Shown here: piece after piece, positions 8,558-18,541 of the stretch
Numbering within the stretch: position 1 is the first letter of the stretch
Layout of the letters: each line of letters begins with the position of its first letter
Assembly: GCA_965242525.1 (NCBI GenBank)
Contig: OZ251459.1
Location: 1,312,001 to 1,376,000, forward strand
Length of the DNA: 64,000 nucleotides
Direction: 5' to 3'
DNA from: an uncultured Candidatus Binatia bacterium
GTDB lineage: Bacteria > Desulfobacterota > Binatia > UBA9968 > JAJDTQ01
Notes under the pieces: generated by a model
Told to the model about the DNA's origin: nothing
Seen by the model: the letters and a program-made list of their open reading frames with translations, nothing else
Database searches by the model: none
Position numbers and translations under genes: made by a program

Positions 8558-11228
8558 GCTCCGGCTCCAGCTCCCTGTAGAGCGTCTCGCGCAGGGCTTC
8601 CAGCCGCGCCCGGTCGCGGACCTTCCCCCCTTCCCCGTCCGTGACGTAGAACACGTCGGCCACCCGGTCCACGTCGGTGGAGATCTTGGCCAGGTGGATG
8701 GAGAAGTCCAACCGCGACAGCCAGTAGGTGATGGTGAACAGGACCCCCGCCCGGTCCTGGGTATAGACCTCGACGATGGTGAAGTCGTCGGAGGCGCGGT
8801 TGTCCCACTGCACCAGGGTCGGACGTTTCCCCCGGGGCCTCTGCGGCAGCGAGGGCAGCGACCTGCCCACCAGCTCCGCCACATCGACACGGCCCTTCAG
8901 CACCCGTTCCAGGGTCCGCTCCATGCGCGGCCACTTGTCGGGATCCATCACGACTTCGGCCTTGCCCTGATGCGAGATGCGGAAGACGTCGAGTATGCGC
9001 CCGTCCCGGCGCGTGTGGATGCGGGCGCTCAGGACGTTCAGCCCCATGGCGGCGAAGACCCCCGCAATGGAGGCGAACAGGCCCGGCTGGTCGTGGGCGC
9101 AGACCGCCACCTCGCTATGGCCGCGGGCGGGGTGGTGGAGCACCGCGGCCAGGAACGGCTCGTCCCCGAGACGCCGCAGCAGCCGGTAGTGGAGCGGCAT
9201 GGCTTCCTCGGGGGTGTTGAGGAAGTAGCGCACGGGCATGGCGTCGATGAACTCCCGCCGCACTTCCTCCGGGGGATGGTCCGTCCCCAGGCGCTCCATG
9301 AGCCGCTCCTGTATCCGCCGCGCCTTCCGTTCCCGGTCCGGCTGCGCGGACTCGCCCTTCTCGCGCTCCTCCAGCACCTCCAGGGTGCGGTGGAAGAGTT
9401 CCTCCAGCAGCGCCCCCTTCCAGTCGTTCCACACCTCCGGCCCCACCGCCTTCATGTCCGAATAGGTGAGCAGGTACAGGGCCTCGAGGTTCTCCGCGGA
9501 GCCCACCACGTCGGCCAGGTCCCGCACGGTCTTCTCGTCCCGGATGTCCCGGCGAAAGGCCGTGCCGGTGAGGGTCAGGTGGTGGAGCACCAGGAAGGCC
9601 AGGGTCTCCTGCTCGTCCACGTCGAGCCCCATGCGCGCGGCCGCTTCCAGGGCCATGTCGCGGCCCAACTCCGAGTGGCCGCCGCCCTGCCCCTTGCCGA
9701 TGTCGTGGAACAGGATGCCCAGGATCAGGATCTCCGGCTTCCGGACCTCCCGGGCGAGTTGCGACAACCGCGGCAGCGAGTCCTCGAACTCCCCCGACCG
9801 CAGGCGCTCGAACTCCTTGACCGCGCGCATGAGGTGCTGGTCCACCGTATAGATGTGGTACAGGTCGTGGAGCGCCATGCAGCGGACCCGTGCGAACTCC
9901 GGGACCAGGGCGTCCAGCACGCCTGTTCGGTGCAGCTCCAGCAGGGTTTCGTAGATCCGGTCGTTGCCGCGCAGGATGTCCAGGAACCTGCGGTTGGGCG
10001 CCTCCAGGCCCCACAGGGTCCCTCCCAGGGCTTCCACCCGGGCCCGGACCACCTCCCGCGAATCCTGTCCCAGGCTCAGCCCGTGCCTTTGCAGGTCGGC
10101 GAAGACGTCCAGCAACTCCTCGGGGCCGACGTTCCCGGGCGTCACCGCCAGGGTCCCCCCTGCGATCCGCACTCCGGGACGCAACTCCCGCCCCGGCCGG
10201 GGCCTCCTGCGTTGGGAGGGGTCGTGGTCCACCGCCCGGTGGATGACCAGGGACGACAGGCGGCTGACCTCCTCGGCGTGCAGGTAGTAGGAGCGCATGA
10301 AGGTCTCCACCTCGCTCGACTTCCCGGCCTCGTGGAACCCCAGCCCCCGGGCGGCCTGCTCCTGGGACTCGAAGGTCAGCCGGTCCTGTCGCCGTCCCGC
10401 CAGGAAATGCAGTTCGTTCCGGGTGCGCCAGAGGAAGTCCCGGGACCGGGCCAGGGTCTCCGCGTCCCTGGGGTCCAGCAGGCCCGCCCCCGGCAGGTCA
10501 TGGATCTCCGCCGCGCCGCATTTGACCCGGGCGATCCACATGGCGGCGTGGATGTCGCGCAAGCCCCCCTGCCCCTCCTTCACGTCGGGCTCCAGCAGGA
10601 ACACGGACTCGCCGTGCCGCCGGCGCCGCCGGCCGTGTTCGCAGACCTTGGTCTCCACGAACCTGTCGCCGGCGCCTCCGCCGAGCTGCCGCCGCACCGT
10701 CCGCTCCAGGTCCCGGTACAACCCCGGGTCGCCGCAGACGTAACGCGCGTCCACCAGGGCCGTCCGGACCACGTGGTCGCGCCGGGCGTGGCGCGCGCAC
10801 TCGGCCACCGTCCGGGTGGCGTGGCCCACGGTCAAACCCGCGTCCCACAGGGGGTAGAGGATCCTTTCGGCGACGGGTTCCACGGAGGCCGCGGCGCGCC
10901 AGCCGTACAGGAAGAGGATGTCGATGTCCGAGTACGGGTTCAACTCGCCCCTGCCGTAGCCGCCCTGGGCCGCCACCCCGAAACGCCCTCTGGACGCCGC
11001 GCCGCGGTCCGCCTCCGCCGTCTCCAGGAGACGCCGCAGCAGGCAGTCGATCATGGCTCCGTGCGCCCGCACCACGTCCGCGCCCGAGGCCCCGGCGCGA
11101 TGGGACTCCAGCAGCAGCCGCCGCCCCCGGTCCACGTAGGCCCGGACCCCGGCGCCGGACACGGGGTCCGTGACCGACTCGTCCAGGAGCCGACGCCAGG
11201 CCTCCACGGGCGCTTCCGAATTCTCCAT
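8529..11228 (-). CDS. glnD: [Protein-PII] uridylyltransferase/uridylyl-removing enzyme
   Basis: GGYGRGELNPYSDIDIL nucleotidyltransferase motif, HDIGKG HD domain and two C-terminal ACT domains. Confidence 0.95.
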   Translation of the reverse strand: MENSEAPVEAWRRLLDESVTDPVSGAGVRAYVDRGRRLLLESHRAGASGADVVRAHGAMIDCLLRRLLETAEADRGAASRGRFGVAAQGGYGRGELNPYSDIDILFLYGWRAAASVEPVAERILYPLWDAGLTVGHATRTVAECARHARRDHVVRTALVDARYVCGDPGLYRDLERTVRRQLGGGAGDRFVETKVCEHGRRRRRHGESVFLLEPDVKEGQGGLRDIHAAMWIARVKCGAAEIHDLPGAGLLDPRDAETLARSRDFLWRTRNELHFLAGRRQDRLTFESQEQAARGLGFHEAGKSSEVETFMRSYYLHAEEVSRLSSLVIHRAVDHDPSQRRRPRPGRELRPGVRIAGGTLAVTPGNVGPEELLDVFADLQRHGLSLGQDSREVVRARVEALGGTLWGLEAPNRRFLDILRGNDRIYETLLELHRTGVLDALVPEFARVRCMALHDLYHIYTVDQHLMRAVKEFERLRSGEFEDSLPRLSQLAREVRKPEILILGILFHDIGKGQGGGHSELGRDMALEAAARMGLDVDEQETLAFLVLHHLTLTGTAFRRDIRDEKTVRDLADVVGSAENLEALYLLTYSDMKAVGPEVWNDWKGALLEELFHRTLEVLEEREKGESAQPDRERKARRIQERLMERLGTDHPPEEVRREFIDAMPVRYFLNTPEEAMPLHYRLLRRLGDEPFLAAVLHHPARGHSEVAVCAHDQPGLFASIAGVFAAMGLNVLSARIHTRRDGRILDVFRISHQGKAEVVMDPDKWPRMERTLERVLKGRVDVAELVGRSLPSLPQRPRGKRPTLVQWDNRASDDFTIVEVYTQDRAGVLFTITYWLSRLDFSIHLAKISTDVDRVADVFYVTDGEGGKVRDRARLEALRETLYRELEPEHARRAHATG

Positions 11229-11237
11229 TGCGCGGCT

Positions 11238-12386
11238 TCACTCCTCTCCGGGGCAGCGGATGTTCCGCAGCTTGTCGGCGTACTGCCGGACGCCGTGGGA
11301 CAGCCCTTCGACGATGGCGGACTTGACCGCTTTCTTGCGCAACGCGCCGGCGTCGCGGGGATTGCTCACGAAGAGCAACTCCACCAGCGCCGCCGGCATC
11401 TCGCCCACGGTCAGGACGTAGAAAGGGCCTTTCTTGACCCCGAGGTTGCGGGCCTTGCCATAATGGGGCCGGACCTTGCGGACCAGCGATGACTGCAACT
11501 TGTCGGCGAGGACCGGCGTGTAGCAGGCGAAGCTGCTCAGCTTCAGGTCGCTGAGGATGTACTGGAGGTCCTCCACCTTCCTGAGTGAAGTGCCGTTTTC
11601 CCGGGCCGCCAGCTTGAGGATGGCCCTGTCCTTGATCCGGTGGTCCAGGTAGTAGGTTTCGAGGCCCGCGGCCTTGCGGTTCGCGCTGGCGTTGGAGTGG
11701 ATGGAGACGAACAGGTCGGCAGCCGCCCTGGTGGCGATGTTGGTCCGTTCCTTCAGCGAAACGGAGACGTCCCGGTCCCTGGTGAGGACCACGTCGACCC
11801 CCATTTCCCGTCGAAGCCTTCCCGCCAGCCCCTTGGCAACGGCCAGCGTGACGTCCTTTTCCCTGAGGCCGTTCAGGCCCACCGCGCCCGGGTCCTTTCC
11901 TCCGTGTCCCGGGTCCAGCACGACCTTCCGGAGCGACCTTCGGACCGCCTCGTCCTCGGGCTTCCTGCCCGCCGGAACTCGCCCCTTCCGCTCCACGTCC
12001 ACCAGGATCCGGTGCGGGTCGGCGAGCAGCGCCGCGTCGTGGACGCCGGGATGTTTCAGGTCGAGCACCACCCGCGCCACGTCCTTCCTGTACTGGTTCA
12101 TCCGGACCCGCCGCACCAGCCGGTCGTTTACGTCCACGCGGCGCCGCGGGACCGCCAGACGGGTCCCGGACAGGTCCAGGTAGATCCTCGGCGGAAGCCC
12201 TTTCCCGGGAGCCGCATCGAGTCTGTGGACGGCGTATTCCACCGGAGCGGCCAGGTCGAGGATGACCCGCGTGTAGTTGGCCGACGACAGGTGGCGCACT
12301 CCGGTCAGCCGCCCGGCGGCCGCGTCGCCCGCGGCCGCCAGGACTGCGGCGCACAGGGCGAGCCACAGTGGAAGGAAACGCGCCAA
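11238..12386 (-). CDS. N-acetylmuramoyl-L-alanine amidase (AMIN + Amidase_3, AmiC-like)
   Basis: Signal peptide, AMIN-like region, LDPGHGGKDPGA, EK, SIHSN and ALVE motifs. Confidence 0.92.
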   Translation of the reverse strand: MARFLPLWLALCAAVLAAAGDAAAGRLTGVRHLSSANYTRVILDLAAPVEYAVHRLDAAPGKGLPPRIYLDLSGTRLAVPRRRVDVNDRLVRRVRMNQYRKDVARVVLDLKHPGVHDAALLADPHRILVDVERKGRVPAGRKPEDEAVRRSLRKVVLDPGHGGKDPGAVGLNGLREKDVTLAVAKGLAGRLRREMGVDVVLTRDRDVSVSLKERTNIATRAAADLFVSIHSNASANRKAAGLETYYLDHRIKDRAILKLAARENGTSLRKVEDLQYILSDLKLSSFACYTPVLADKLQSSLVRKVRPHYGKARNLGVKKGPFYVLTVGEMPAALVELLFVSNPRDAGALRKKAVKSAIVEGLSHGVRQYADKLRNIRCPGEE

Positions 12387-14981
12387 TCAGCCGTCCCCCC
12401 TCGCCTCGGTCACCAGTTCCGTCAACACGTTCAACGCCTCCAGGGGCGTGAGGACGTTGGTGTCCATGACCCGGAGCCTCTCCCGCAGCCTGTCGCCGCG
12501 GGGTTCGTACAACATCAACTGGACCCCTTTCGACGGCGTCTCGTCCCCGGCCAGCCGGGGTTGCCCCCAGGAGTTCAACTCCCCGCCTTCGAGGTTCTTC
12601 AGGATCTCCCTGGCCCGGTCGATGAGGGCGCGGGGCAATCCGGCGAGACCGGCCACCTGTATGCCGTAGCTGCGGCTGGCGGGACCTTCCTTCAGGGTGC
12701 GCAGGAAGATCACCTCCCCCTGCCATTCCTTGACCGCGAAGTTGAAGTTCTTCACCCGCTCCCGGGTGCGGGCCAGGGCGGTGAGCTCGTGGTAGTGGGT
12801 GGCGAACAGCGTCCGCGGCCGGTACGGCGACTCGTGCAGGAACTCGGCCAAGGCCCAGGCGATGGAGATGCCGTCGAAGGTGCTGGTGCCGCGCCCCACC
12901 TCGTCCAGCAGGATCAGGCTGCGGGGGGTGGCCAAGCGCAGGATGCGGGCGGTCTCCTTCATCTCCACCATGAAGGTGGATTCCCCCAACGCCAGCGCGT
13001 CGGTGGCGCCGAAACGGGTGAACAGGCGGTCCACGAGTCCCACGTGGGCCGTGTCCGCGGGCACGAAGCTGCCCATCTGGGCGAGCACCACCACCAGCGC
13101 CACCTGCCTCATGTAGGTGGATTTGCCCGCCATGTTGGGGCCGGTCAGGAGCTTGATCTGGGTGGTCTCGGAATCCAGCCGGCAATCGTTGGGCACGAAC
13201 CCGCCGCGGCCCAGCGCCGCCTCCACCGCGGGGTGGCGCGCGCCGGTCATGGCCAGGGTCAGGCCGGAATCCACCCGCGGGCGGACGAAACGGCGGGACT
13301 CCGCGGTCTCCGCAAGGGCGAGCAGCGCGTCCAGCCTGGCCAGGGCGAGGCTCGATTCCCTGAGGATCCGGTAGTGCGCGGCGATCCGGTCGAGCAGGTC
13401 GGCGAAGAGCCGGGTCTCGAGCTTCAGTATCTCCTCGCCCGAGCCCAGCACCCTGGCTTCGTACTCCTTGAGCTCCGGGGTGATGAAACGTTCGCCGTTG
13501 ACCAGGGTCTGCTTGCGCAGGTAGTCGTCGGGGACGCTGGCGAGGTTGGCCCTGGTGACCTCGATGTAGTAGCCGAACACCTTGTTGTAGCGCACCTTCA
13601 GGGATTGGATGCCGGTGCGCTGCCGTTCCCTGTGCTGGAGCTCGGCGATCCAGCCCGTGGCGTTGCTGCGGACGGCCGACAGTTCGTCGAGCTCGTTGTC
13701 GAAACCGGGCCGCATGACCCCCCCGCCCCGGAGCGACGCCGGGGGCTCGTCCACGAGGGCCCGCTCCACGAGATCCACCACCTCCGGAGCGGCGTGCAGC
13801 CCCGAACGGATCTCCACGAGCATCTCGCTGTCGCACCGCCCCATCTCCTCCCGCACCCCGTCCAACGCGCGCAGGGTGTCCTTGATGGCCGCCGCGTCCC
13901 TGGGCGTGGCGCTCCGGGAGGCGATGCGCCCCGACAGGCGCTCCAGGTCCTGCACGCGGTGGAGCGCGTCCCGCAGCCTGCCCCGGGTCTCGGAATCGTT
14001 CAGGAGCTGCTCCACCGCGTCCTGCCGATGCCGGATCCGACGCTCGTCCAGCAACGGATAGAGTATCCATTTCCGAAGCTCCCGCGCTCCCATGGCGGTG
14101 CGGGGGGGTTCCAGGACCCCGAGCAGGGAACCGCGCCTGCCGCCGTCGAAGCTCTGCAGCAGTTCGAGGTTGGCCTGGGTGGTCTCGTCGAGCATGAGGA
14201 ACTGGGAGGCGCGGTAGGGTTCCAGCGCGGTCAGCACGGGCACGGCCCCGGGGGAGCGGTCCTCCAGGTAGGCGAGGATGGCGCCCGCGGCCCGGACCCC
14301 CAAGGGCCACTCGTCCCGGGGGCCGTCGTAGGCGCCGGCGCTGCGCAGCCGCTGGACCGCGGCGTCGGAGAACCACGTTTCGGGGCCCTGCGTGCAATGC
14401 ACGTGGGCGTAGTCCCGGCGCAGGTTCGAGAGCGCCTCCGAACCGGCCTCGGGAAGCAGCAGCTCCCGGGGCTGGATGCGCCCGAGCTCGCTGGTGAAGG
14501 CGGCGTAGCCCTTCACCTGGGTGAAGCGGAACTCCCCGGTGGTGACGTCCACGAACGAGAGGCCGTAGGAGTCGTGGGCCCCGGTGACGGCCACCAGGAA
14601 GTTGTTCACGTCGGCGTCCAGCCCCTCGCCTTCTGTGAGGGTGCCCGGGCTGACGACCTTGACCACCTGGCGCTGGACCACGCCCTTGGCCGCGGCGGGG
14701 TCCTCCACCTGTTCGCACACCGCCACCTTGAACCCCGCGGACAGCAGCTTGCCGATGTAGGGGGCGGCCGCATGGTGGGGCACGCCGCACAGGGGCACCG
14801 GGGCCCCGTCGCTGCGGTTGCGGCTGGTGAGGGCGATGTCGAGCACCTTCGCGGCCTTTTCCGCATCCTCGAAGAACATCTCGTAGAAGTCCCCGAGCCG
14901 GAAGAACAGGATGGCGTCCCGGTGCCGATCCTTGATCTCCAGGTACTGATGCATCATGGGCGTGAGCCGCGTGCGCTCCAT
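12387..14981 (-). CDS. mutS: DNA mismatch repair protein MutS
   Basis: TPMMHQY, FRLGDFYEMF, GPNMAGKSTY, STFMVEM and DEVGRGTST. True start is ATG at 14981; the 1818-aa ORF extension is spurious. Confidence 0.97.
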   Translation of the reverse strand: MERTRLTPMMHQYLEIKDRHRDAILFFRLGDFYEMFFEDAEKAAKVLDIALTSRNRSDGAPVPLCGVPHHAAAPYIGKLLSAGFKVAVCEQVEDPAAAKGVVQRQVVKVVSPGTLTEGEGLDADVNNFLVAVTGAHDSYGLSFVDVTTGEFRFTQVKGYAAFTSELGRIQPRELLLPEAGSEALSNLRRDYAHVHCTQGPETWFSDAAVQRLRSAGAYDGPRDEWPLGVRAAGAILAYLEDRSPGAVPVLTALEPYRASQFLMLDETTQANLELLQSFDGGRRGSLLGVLEPPRTAMGARELRKWILYPLLDERRIRHRQDAVEQLLNDSETRGRLRDALHRVQDLERLSGRIASRSATPRDAAAIKDTLRALDGVREEMGRCDSEMLVEIRSGLHAAPEVVDLVERALVDEPPASLRGGGVMRPGFDNELDELSAVRSNATGWIAELQHRERQRTGIQSLKVRYNKVFGYYIEVTRANLASVPDDYLRKQTLVNGERFITPELKEYEARVLGSGEEILKLETRLFADLLDRIAAHYRILRESSLALARLDALLALAETAESRRFVRPRVDSGLTLAMTGARHPAVEAALGRGGFVPNDCRLDSETTQIKLLTGPNMAGKSTYMRQVALVVVLAQMGSFVPADTAHVGLVDRLFTRFGATDALALGESTFMVEMKETARILRLATPRSLILLDEVGRGTSTFDGISIAWALAEFLHESPYRPRTLFATHYHELTALARTRERVKNFNFAVKEWQGEVIFLRTLKEGPASRSYGIQVAGLAGLPRALIDRAREILKNLEGGELNSWGQPRLAGDETPSKGVQLMLYEPRGDRLRERLRVMDTNVLTPLEALNVLTELVTEARGDG

Positions 14982-15112
14982 CACATCACCCCGCGTCCTC
15001 CACCGCCGGGGTCCGGGAGGTTCCCGCGCATCCCCGCGTCCCGGTCGCCAGCCGCCGAACCTCGCCGTTCCACTCGTCCACCACGTTGCCGGTCCCCAGC
15101 GAGAAGACGAAC

Positions 15113-16705
15113 CTAGACCTTGCGCCGCTGGCCCAGCAGGTAGTCCACCAGGAGGTACTGTCCGAGACGGTCGGGACGGGTGTAGAAGGCGCGCCCCTTG
15201 TTGAGGCGGGTCATCTCGTCCACGAACCCCTTCAACACCGGGCTGTCGTCGAGCATGAACGTGTTGATGGTGATGCCCCGCCGGGTGACCCGTCTCGCCT
15301 CCTTCAGGGTCTCTTCCGCGGCGCGCTGGCTGATGCCGCCGAAGCTGAGGGGCCATTCGCAGTAGAGCCGTCCCTGGCGGCAGTACGCGGTGGGCTGGCC
15401 GTCGGTGATCACGATGATCTGCTGGTTCTGGGTCGAGCTCCGCTTCTTCAACAGGTCGATGGCGAGCCGGAGTCCGTCCTGGAGGTTGGTGAAGGGGTCC
15501 CCCATGTTCCAGGTGGCTTCGGGCAGGTCCCTGGCCTTCAACTCCACCGCCCGGGTGAAGAAGCCGACGATGCCGAAATAGTCCTGGGGGTAGCGGGAGC
15601 GGCACAGGGACTCCATGGCCAGGGCCACCTTCTTGGCCGCGGCGAACCTCCCGTCCCAGCTCATGGACCAGCTCATGTCCAGCAACAGCACCGTCGCCGC
15701 CCGGGTCGAGTACCGGGAATCGAGGACCATGAAGTCCCGGGGGTCCAGGTCCAGGGGCGTCCGCGGGTTGCGCCGCAGGGCGCTCCGGAGGGTCTCGTTG
15801 AGGTTCAGGTTCAGCGCGTCGCCGGACACGTAGGGCTTGCTCGATTCGGGCACCGGCTCCTGGCTCCCGCGCCGGGCGATGGCGTGCCGGCCCGCGGCGT
15901 CCCGGTCCAGTTGCTTGTGGATGTCCCTCAGGGCCATCTGGCCGATGCGCCGGACGCCGCGGGGGGTCAACTCGAAGCGGTCGCCCTTGTCCACCAAGTA
16001 GCCGCCGTCCTCCAGGGACGACTCCAGCCGCATGACCCCCTCGTAGTCCTCCCGGGCCTGGTTCCCGAGCAGGCTGTTGAGCAGGTCCGTCTCCACGTCC
16101 CTGGGGTGGCTGCCGGAGAGCTGGCCCTCCAGTTTCTGCAAGCCCTCCATGCGCTCCTGGATCTCCTCGGCTTCTTCGAAGTTCAACGATTCCCTGCCCC
16201 TGAAGAGGTTTCCCTCGCGTCGGATGTAGTTTTCCAGGCGGCGGATCCTGTCCAGTTGGGAAAGGATCTCCCGGAACTCTTCCCCGGCCCGGGCGTTCTC
16301 GAAGTCGTAGCCGGCCAGGCGCTCGATGGCGTCGCTCAGCTTCGGCGGCAGGTGCTGGAGGAACTGGTCCTTCTTCTCCGCCTCGGCCCGGTCGTCCTGC
16401 TGCTCGAGGGTCTTGCGCTCGTTGGCGACGATGTCCTGCAGCCGCTCCTGGATCTCGTCCAGGGCCGAGCGGATCTGGTACTGCTCGTACATGCGGCGCT
16501 TTTCCCGGGCCACACGCGAAAGCAGGTCGTCGAGACCGGACACCCGCTCCTCTTCCTCGCCCATGCCGCGCTGCATCAGGCGGCGCATGGACTGCTGCAG
16601 GTCGCCGGTGTCGTCCAGGTGCTCGTTGAGCTGGTCGAACACCTCGTCCGGCCGGAAGGAGCTGTCCCGGCCCCGGTCCCAGCGGCTGTAGCGAGCGTGG
16701 ATCAT
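15113..16705 (-). CDS. von Willebrand factor A domain protein
   Basis: Long helical N-terminus, MIDAS motif DMSWS...T...ITDG. Confidence 0.85.
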   Translation of the reverse strand: MIHARYSRWDRGRDSSFRPDEVFDQLNEHLDDTGDLQQSMRRLMQRGMGEEEERVSGLDDLLSRVAREKRRMYEQYQIRSALDEIQERLQDIVANERKTLEQQDDRAEAEKKDQFLQHLPPKLSDAIERLAGYDFENARAGEEFREILSQLDRIRRLENYIRREGNLFRGRESLNFEEAEEIQERMEGLQKLEGQLSGSHPRDVETDLLNSLLGNQAREDYEGVMRLESSLEDGGYLVDKGDRFELTPRGVRRIGQMALRDIHKQLDRDAAGRHAIARRGSQEPVPESSKPYVSGDALNLNLNETLRSALRRNPRTPLDLDPRDFMVLDSRYSTRAATVLLLDMSWSMSWDGRFAAAKKVALAMESLCRSRYPQDYFGIVGFFTRAVELKARDLPEATWNMGDPFTNLQDGLRLAIDLLKKRSSTQNQQIIVITDGQPTAYCRQGRLYCEWPLSFGGISQRAAEETLKEARRVTRRGITINTFMLDDSPVLKGFVDEMTRLNKGRAFYTRPDRLGQYLLVDYLLGQRRKV

Positions 16706-16777
16706 GAGGCGTCGAACGCGGCCCGAGGCGGCCGCCGGCCCGGGGCCCGGCCGTCAGGGAGGCGCGCGGCCGGGCGG

Positions 16778-18175
16778 TCACTTGCCATACTTGACGCGGC
16801 CGCCCGCGGCCTCCTTGTTGAGCTTCTGGTGCAGGTGCAGGCCTTCCAGCACCAGTTCGGTGGCCGAAGCGACGAACGCCGGCGAGTCGGCCTCCCCCAG
16901 GGCGCCGATGGTCTCCTTCAGCCCCGGTATCTCCTCGATGCCCTCCAGGTAGTCCTCCGAGCGCATCTCGTCGGAGACCTCCGCCCCCCCGCCGGAGTTG
17001 AAGTACTCGATGACGCTCTGCAGCGAGTCCACATCGAGCCGGGTGTCGAAGGTCTTGAGGATCGCCCGGTTCAGGAGCCGCTCGATGAGCTCCTCCTCGT
17101 TCTTTTCCTCGCCCACGTACTCCACCTCGATCTTCCCGCAGGTGGAGGGAAGCACCGCGTGGAGGTCGCTCACCCGCGGCACGATGGCGGTCTCGCCGAG
17201 CCGCAGGGCGCGCTTCTCTGCGTTGCTGACCATGCTCTCGTAGTTGTTGATGCTGACCCGGACGCTGACCCCGGAGGACTGGTTGATCTCGCTCGAATTG
17301 CGCGCCTCGAAGGTCAGGTGGCCCAGGACCTCCTTCATGAAGTCCGGGATGAGCACCGCATGGCTGCGGTCGTGGAGCGGCGCGGACTCCTGCTCCATGA
17401 TGTCGATCTCGTGCTCCACCCGGCGAGGGTAGTGGGTCCGTATCTGGACGTCGAAGCGGTCCTTCAGCGGGGTGATGATGCGGCCCCGGCTGGTGTAGTC
17501 CTCCGGGTTGGCGCTGGCCACGATGACCACGTCTAGGGGAAGGCGGATCTTGTAGCCCTTGATCTGGACGTCCTTCTCCTCCATCAGGTTGAACAGCCCC
17601 ACCTGCACCTTCTCGGTCAAGTCCGGGAGCTCGTTGACCGCGAACACGCCCCGGTTCGTGCGCGGGATCAGGCCGTAGTGGATGGTCTCCTCGTCCGCGA
17701 GGTAGCGCCCTTCCGCCACCTTGATGGGGTCGATCTCGCCGATGAGGTCGGCGATGGACACGTCCGGGGTCGCCAGCTTCTCCCCGTAGCGGTGGGTCCG
17801 GTCGATCCATTCCACCTCCAGGTCGTCGCCTTTCTCGGCCCACCGGCGCCGACAGGGGGCGCAGATGACGTGGAAGGGGTCGCAGTTGATCTCGCAGTCC
17901 CTGACCCTGGGGATCTCCTCGTCCAGCAACTGCGTGAGGCCGCGAATGATCCGCGACTTGGCCTGTCCCCTCTCCCCCAGGAAGACCATGTGGTGGCCCG
18001 ACAGGATGGCGTTCTCGATCTCCGGGATCACGGTCTCTTCGTAGCCCACGATCCCCGGCAGGAGGCGCTTCCCGGACTTGAGAAGGCCCATCAGGTTGCG
18101 GCGCATCTCGTCGCGCACCGGCCGGACCGCGGCTCCGCTGCGTTTCAGGTCGCCCAGGGTCTTGATGGATTCCAC
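16778..18175 (-). CDS. Mg-chelatase/MoxR-like AAA+ ATPase, partner of the vWA protein
   Basis: GERGQAKS Walker A, variant Walker B VFAVNELPDL, SANPEDYT and LKDRF. Confidence 0.85.
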   Translation of the reverse strand: MESIKTLGDLKRSGAAVRPVRDEMRRNLMGLLKSGKRLLPGIVGYEETVIPEIENAILSGHHMVFLGERGQAKSRIIRGLTQLLDEEIPRVRDCEINCDPFHVICAPCRRRWAEKGDDLEVEWIDRTHRYGEKLATPDVSIADLIGEIDPIKVAEGRYLADEETIHYGLIPRTNRGVFAVNELPDLTEKVQVGLFNLMEEKDVQIKGYKIRLPLDVVIVASANPEDYTSRGRIITPLKDRFDVQIRTHYPRRVEHEIDIMEQESAPLHDRSHAVLIPDFMKEVLGHLTFEARNSSEINQSSGVSVRVSINNYESMVSNAEKRALRLGETAIVPRVSDLHAVLPSTCGKIEVEYVGEEKNEEELIERLLNRAILKTFDTRLDVDSLQSVIEYFNSGGGAEVSDEMRSEDYLEGIEEIPGLKETIGALGEADSPAFVASATELVLEGLHLHQKLNKEAAGGRVKYGK

Positions 18176-18207
18176 GCCCCTACCTCCTGCCAGGCTCTCC
18201 CGCCAGG

Positions 18208-18510
18208 CTAACCGTCATCCTCCGCGGCAGGCGTCCGGTTGACCCGCAGGCGAAGCTCCTTGCCGACCTTGAAGAACGGCACCCTCTTGGAGGACACGGA
18301 CACGACCTCCCCGGTCTTGGGGTTCCGCCCGTCCCTGGCCCTCCGATGCTTGACCACGAAACTGCCGAAACCGCGTATCTCGATTCGTTCCTCGCGCCGC
18401 AATGCGACGATCAGGGAGTCGAAGACGGTGTTGACGATCACCTCCGCATCGAACCGCGACAGGTGGGGAAACCTGTCGTTGATTTCCTGGATCAGGTCTC
18501 GCTTCGTCAT
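18208..18510 (-). CDS. ihfB: Integration host factor beta subunit
   Basis: IEIRGFGSF and GRNPKTGE; follows rpsA. Confidence 0.92.
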   Translation of the reverse strand: MTKRDLIQEINDRFPHLSRFDAEVIVNTVFDSLIVALRREERIEIRGFGSFVVKHRRARDGRNPKTGEVVSVSSKRVPFFKVGKELRLRVNRTPAAEDDG

Positions 18511-18541
18511 GCAGTTCTCCGAAAACCGCCCCCTGCGCAGC

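Noticed and set aside
12387-17843. 1818-aa ORF suggesting a giant MutS fusion
   Set aside because: The N-terminal ~950 aa are low-complexity Arg/Gly/Pro off-frame translation overlapping the real vWA and ATPase genes. MutS starts at 14981.
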